DNA of 63,858 nucleotides, counting the filler, from Octopus bimaculoides (taxonomy: Eukaryota), in assembly GCF_001194135.2 (NCBI RefSeq). It is 7 parts of 7 records of this genome, joined end to end, with 100 filler letters (N's around TTAATTAATTAA, not from the genome) between each part and the next. Parts side by side here need not be neighbours in the genome. Positions count along the whole stretch, not along the records: positions 53,132 to 60,009 come from NC_068994.1; positions 60,110 to 62,401 come from NC_069004.1; positions 62,502 to 63,858 come from NC_069010.1; 4 more parts are not named here. One strand, given 5' to 3'. The position numbers were made by a program, and so were the translations under genes. Positions 58,432 to 63,858 of the stretch are shown here, piece by piece. Under the pieces are notes generated by a model. That model saw only the letters and a list, made by a program, of their open reading frames with translations, was not told where the DNA came from and ran no database searches. Position 1 is the first letter of the stretch, and every line of letters begins with the position of its first letter.

Positions 58432-59127
58432 NNNNNNNNNNNNNNNNNNNNNNNNNNNNNNNNNNNNNNNNNNNNNNNNNNNNNNNNNNNNNNNNNNNNN
58501 NNNNNNNNNNNNNNNNNNNNNNNNNNNNNNNNNNNNNNNNNNNNNNNNNNNNNNNNNNNNNNNNNNNNNNNNNNNNNNNNNNNNNNNNNNNNNNNNNNNN
58601 NNNNNNNNNNNNNNNNNNNNNNNNNNNNNNNNNNNNNNNNNNNNNNNNNNNNNNNNNNNNNNNNNNNNNNNNNNNNNNNNNNNNNNNNNNNNNNNNNNNN
58701 NNNNNNNNNNNNNNNNNNNNNNNNNNNNNNNNNNNNNNNNNNNNNNNNNNNNNNNNNNNNNNNNNNNNNNNNNNNNNNNNNNNNNNNNNNNNNNNNNNNN
58801 NNNNNNNNNNNNNNNNNNNNNNNNNNNNNNNNNNNNNNNNNNNNNNNNNNNNNNNNNNNNNNNNNNNNNNNNNNNNNNNNNNNNNNNNNNNNNNNNNNNN
58901 NNNNNNNNNNNNNNNNNNNNNNNNNNNNNNNNNNNNNNNNNNNNNNNNNNCTTATAATTTAACACACGCAAATTTTCGTTGCCTCTTGCAACCTTTTCAA
59001 TTGAAAGGGTTGCAAGAGGCAACGAAAATTTTAGAAAAATAAAAAAGAAATAAGTGGAAATTTTACTGGTGAGTTTGTTAAATTATAAGGCACTAAAAGA
59101 GAATGACTCTCCCCAGACACAACAGTG

Positions 59128-59159
<32 letters not shown>

Positions 59160-59669
59160 CACTAGTACGTATATACAGTCACACACAAACACACACATAC
59201 ACCTCAGGTAAATTCAAAAAGTTTATATAAAAATGTGAAATATCTTTTTTATGGCGGTTTGTATAAGTTTCGTGCTTAAATAGAAGAAAGCAACTACATC
59301 CAAATACACATATTTATACCTGCGTGTGTGTGTGTGTCTTTGTGAATACAAATATTTGCATATACCTATATATACACAAATGTTTGTGTATACAAATTGT
59401 ATATATCTAATTACGGGTACATAAACATGTATGCATAAATATGCATGTGTATATGTATCATACACATATATGTCTATATACTTTATACATATATAGAGAG
59501 AAAGAGAGAGATACATATGTGCATGTTTACTTATACTTACACTAACGTGTTTATCTATATAATATGGATAACATTTTAAACTTTCAGGAAACATTTTTCA
59601 TAATTTTTTGTTATTGCATTTAGATTAACAACGGAAAAATAGAAGTAATGTAATGGCATTGAATTAGTC

Positions 59670-59950
59670 GACTTATCCCCAAATTTCTGGCATTGTGTCT
59701 TTGTTACACACCATCATCATCATCATCATCGTCATCATCATCATCATCATCATCATCATTATTAGCTCGGTGGGCGAAATGCTTAGCGGTATTTTGTCTG
59801 TCACTATGTTCTAAGTTCATATTCCTCTGAGGTCGATTTTGCTTTTCATCCTTTCGGGGTCGATAAATTAAGTAGCAGTTAAACACTGGTAGATGTAATC
59901 GACTTATCTCCTCTCACAAGCTGTCCTTATGGCAAAACTTTGAAATCATC
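59670..59950 (+). mobile_element. SINE family B interrupted by (CAT)n
   Basis: Central domain TTTCATCCTTTCGGGGTCGATAAA. Confidence 0.75.
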
Positions 59951-60536
59951 ATCATCATCATCGGTATTTCGTCTGTCGCTACGTTCTGAGTTCAAATTTC
60001 GCTGAGGTCNNNNNNNNNNNNNNNNNNNNNNNNNNNNNNNNNNNNNNNNNNNNTTAATTAATTAANNNNNNNNNNNNNNNNNNNNNNNNNNNNNNNNNNN
60101 NNNNNNNNNATATATATATATATATATAATCGTGTGTTGTTGTTGTCTTTGCCTCGCTATTTGTGTTTGCAGCGTGTAAAAGGTGGAAGAATCTAAACAT
60201 TTTTTGACCTTTTTAGTTCTCTCGTCGACCTTTATGCATTATTCTGCTGTGATTAATTCTGAAACAGAATGCTTGATCAGTTCCATTCATTCAATGCAAA
60301 TTATGCGTGAACGAAAACGATTAAAGTCGCACAATCACAAGAAGACGCACATACACCGACCCAAACATATACAGACACACATACACACACACACATACAC
60401 ACACACACACACACGTACACGTACACACACAAACACACACACAAAGAAAAACGCACACGCATCCACATATAACGAAACAAGCACACATAGACAAATATAT
60501 ATTTATGTGGACACAATAGCATATGTATATATATAT

Positions 60537-60585
<49 letters not shown>

Positions 60586-60704
60586 TATGTAAGCATGCAT
60601 GTATGTATATATAGATACCGAGCTATATGTGCGGACAAATATGTTTGCGCTATTTGTATGTTGCTTATTGTATGTATTTGATTATTCATGCATACACACA
60701 CACA

Positions 60705-60759
<55 letters not shown>

Positions 60760-60775
60760 GTATATATATATATAT

Positions 60776-60827
<52 letters not shown>

Positions 60828-60835
60828 CAAAACAG

Positions 60836-61390
60836 CACCATGACGCAATTTGATGTGCTAGAAATTTGAACACGACATGTTGTACGGCTTGGCTTTCGTG
60901 CCGGAAGTTCTAATACGAACATTTCTGAGTGACTAGCTGTGAATCTGTGGACATTGCAAAGGACTCGGAAAGCGTTGGCTGAGACTAATGGGGATTACGA
61001 AAATACGGCAACTCAGAAAACTAACTCTGATATTTCTAATAAGAACAGAACTCCTGAATTTCTTGAGAAAATCCAGACCATGGTTGACAACGATCCCATC
61101 AAGTCAATCAGGTCCATCGCTAGGGTCATGGGAGTGTCCGAATTACTTATCAGGCAAGCAGTGCATGAAGACATTCGGTATTGCTCATAGAAGTTGAAGG
61201 GAGGCTAATTTTTATCTCTAATCAACAAAGACAAGAGGAAAGACCCCTCTACGAAGCTTTTGAACAACCTTAAGCATCCCCTCCAACCAAACATGCTTTG
61301 GTTTTTCTCAGACAAGAGAAATTTCTGCCAGGATCAGCTGGTGGATGCAAAGAACCCTAGAGTGATACAAGTCAAGCATCCAGGCAACAT
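60836..61390 (+). mobile_element. Tc1/mariner (DD37D, maT-like) transposase pseudogene, N-terminal half
   Basis: RTPEFLEKIQTMVDNDPIKSIRSIARVMGVSELLIRQAVHEDIRY...LKHPLQPNMLWFFSD..NFCQDQ; contains stops; truncated by a SINE. Confidence 0.85.
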
Positions 61391-61545
61391 CAGTGCTCAA
61401 CTGGTACCTGTTTTTATCGACCCCGAAAAGATGAAAGGTAACATCGATCCCTACAGAATTTGAACTCAGAACACGAAGACGCGAAATGGAGCGAAGCATT
61501 TTGTCCGGCGTGCTAACGATTCTGTCAGCTGCAACAATAATATAG
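61390..61545 (-). mobile_element. SINE family B
   Basis: Reverse complement of the central domain and head. Confidence 0.8.
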
Positions 61546-61794
61546 ATTTCCAATTTTAGCACAAGGCTAGTAATTTCGAGCGAGAGATATCTAAGGTGTT
61601 TGACCGGCGTGCTAAGAATTCTACCAGTAATAACGACAGCCAAGAATTTTCGTGAAGTCATCGAAGAACAATCAAAAGATCAACAACAACAACAAAGAAA
61701 TGGTGAAAGACAGAGAGAAAAATGAAGGGAGGATGAAACAGTACTAGGGTAGAAGGGGGGAAAGGAGCGAGCAGAGAGCAAGAGGAGAAAGAAA

Positions 61795-61884
61795 GAAAGG
61801 AATGAAGAAGGAAGAGGAAGAAAGGAGGAGGTGGAGTTTGAAGAAGAAGAAGAAGAAGAAGAAGAAGAAGAAGAAGAAGAAGAA

Positions 61885-61916
<32 letters not shown>

Positions 61917-62015
61917 AGAAAAAGAAGAAGAAGAAGAAGAAGAAGGAGAAGAAGAAGAAGAAGAAGAAGAAGAAGAAGAAGAAGAAGAAGAAGAAGAAGA
62001 AGAAGAAGAAGAAGC
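61795..62015. repeat. (GAA)n purine microsatellite
   Basis: Direct inspection. Confidence 0.95.
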
Positions 62016-62253
62016 AAGGGACGAACAATGGAATACAAAGCAGGAATTAATTTGCATAATCGAACCATGTTATCGAAAATCAGTCAAGCGTTCAGCACTC
62101 AAATACTCACCTCAGAATTGTTTATTTTTCTACCCTTTGATCTTAAAGTATCGAATTGCCTCATTCCCATTCACTGCCACACACACACACGCTCTCTCTC
62201 TCACACACACGCACACACACACACACACAAACGTGCATACATGCGTACACACA

Positions 62254-62286
<33 letters not shown>

Positions 62287-62368
62287 GAACACAGAGACAT
62301 ACACTCACACACAGAAAATATATTAACAGATAAACAGAATAATAGATAGAGAGAAGGAAAGGTGTATG

Positions 62369-62401
<33 letters not shown>

Positions 62402-62949
62402 NNNNNNNNNNNNNNNNNNNNNNNNNNNNNNNNNNNNNNNNNNNNTTAATTAATTAANNNNNNNNNNNNNNNNNNNNNNNNNNNNNNNNNNNNNNNNNNN
62501 NATTATTTAATCACTACAATTATTTCCACGAGATCTAGTTGTGTTTCCTCAGGAAATATGTAAATATTTTCTCCAAAAGTTCAAATTCTCGGCTTCAAGG
62601 GCATCCTCACTGTCTGTCGGGGCCTAGAGTTAGCATTAACCACTGAATTTCTCACAAACTGCTTTGAAAGTGTAGATGTATTGTTCGTGTGGTTTCCGAT
62701 TTAAACGGATTGGCATTTGATTTCTTTGTTCTGATTTATTCTTTAACATTGGTTACACAAACGATTGTGATTTGCTTATCTTTAAGATTCGGCCTCTACT
62801 TTCATATGTAAGGTCATTCACATACACATCCATATACGTACCAACGCTCCAATACATGTACACACCGGTACACTCACATGCACACATACATACATGTGTA
62901 TATATATATAATACATAATAAATAATATATATATAAATAATATATATAT

Positions 62950-63160
62950 ATGGGTACAGGACGTCACTACCTAAGCAAGTAACACAAAGTATGTAAACAA
63001 ACGAGGGTAAAACGTGTGAAATACGTAAACAATGGCATAAAATGGAGAACGGGACAAGCTAACACAGTGAACCACCCTTCATCAGTTGGCGGTTGTCTAT
63101 CTACTATTCATTTCGAGCATTCAACGACAATATGAGTCTTCAAAGACAGTTGTTTCCATA
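62950..63160 (-). mobile_element. Probable PLE terminal fragment in (TA)n
   Basis: GGGTACAGGACG box; the minus strand carries GAAA and CTGATGAAG half-motifs; same layout as 5870-6068. Confidence 0.4.
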
Positions 63161-63794
63161 AATTCTAAAATAAAATTTAGGATTTATGGATGGTCAAAAT
63201 TGGGAAGAAAAAGAATGACAGTGGAGACATACAAGGAAACCGAACGAAAACATACATGGTGGGTCGTTAGACCAGAACGAGAGGAAAATAGTGAACGCTG
63301 GGAGGAACATTTTTTTAAAGCAAAAACATGAAAGAGAGAGAGATAAACACGTCCGTTTATTTAATCGTCCGAGTAGGAAAAGAAAGATGTACGATGGTCA
63401 CATGATCGAAAACGGAATGTTTCAATGCACATATATATAATGTCAATTTTTTTAAAACGTCAACCACACTCTCAGTCGCAGAATTTCCATCACTCTATAT
63501 ATACACATTCAAAGCAGTTTGCCAGCCGTCCTTCAGCGTCAACACACCTTGATAAACTACTTGACTACTACTAAATTGAAGCCCCGACAAACAGAGAGGA
63601 CGCTCTTGTAGCTGAGAATGTGAACTTATGTACACAATATCACCTGAGGAAACAGGACTAGATCTCATAATGTAGAGAAACGGTTGCATAATCAAGTACT
63701 TGCACGCTTGGCGAAGTACGTTGCGTGGAAACAATTGTAGTGATTATAGAATAATTTTCAACCATAATCCTTCCTTTTGACACAAATATTTCAA

Positions 63795-63858
<64 letters not shown>

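Noticed and set aside
2237-59022. Long ORF-track entries made of X runs
   Set aside because: They are translations of N gaps.
61658-62349. Poly-E/K/L/S/F ORFs, and similar poly-D/H/M, YI, HT, CV and LSIY ORFs elsewhere
   Set aside because: Translations of (GAA)n, (GAT)n, (AT)n, (AC)n and (GATA)n microsatellites; no splice context or domain.
1-63858. CRISPR arrays, rRNA genes, operons or prokaryotic/viral insertions
   Set aside because: No regularly spaced repeat-spacer array, no rRNA similarity and no gene-dense segment; the window is repeat-rich animal DNA.

Overview
Eukaryotic, AT-rich, gap-riddled genomic DNA with dense microsatellites. The repeat families and assembly style point to a coleoid cephalopod, probably Octopus; this is inference, not a database result. 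No complete or nameable host gene is visible, and most ORF-track entries are microsatellite or N-gap artefacts. The window is dominated by mobile DNA: at least four tRNA-derived SINE families (called A, B, C and E here), RTE and R4/Dong-like LINE remnants, and Penelope-like elements (PLE) with a GIY-YIG remnant and hammerhead ribozyme (HHR) motifs. It also holds mariner/Tc1 and hAT derivatives, several foldback/MITE elements, a solo LTR and a Helitron-like element. Host signals are tentative. There is a CpG-retaining, promoter-like island at about 48.2-49.0 kb with candidate first exons on both strands and strongly CpG-depleted flanks. On the minus strand there is also a candidate 28-nt microexon (40614-40641) and a candidate recursive splice site (7219/7220), consistent with a very long minus-strand intron. 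The most unusual object is a 334-bp foldback element (17711-18044) carrying a hammerhead core on each strand, an ambisense, viroid-like layout. Boundaries of degenerate repeats are approximate (about +/-10-20 nt).
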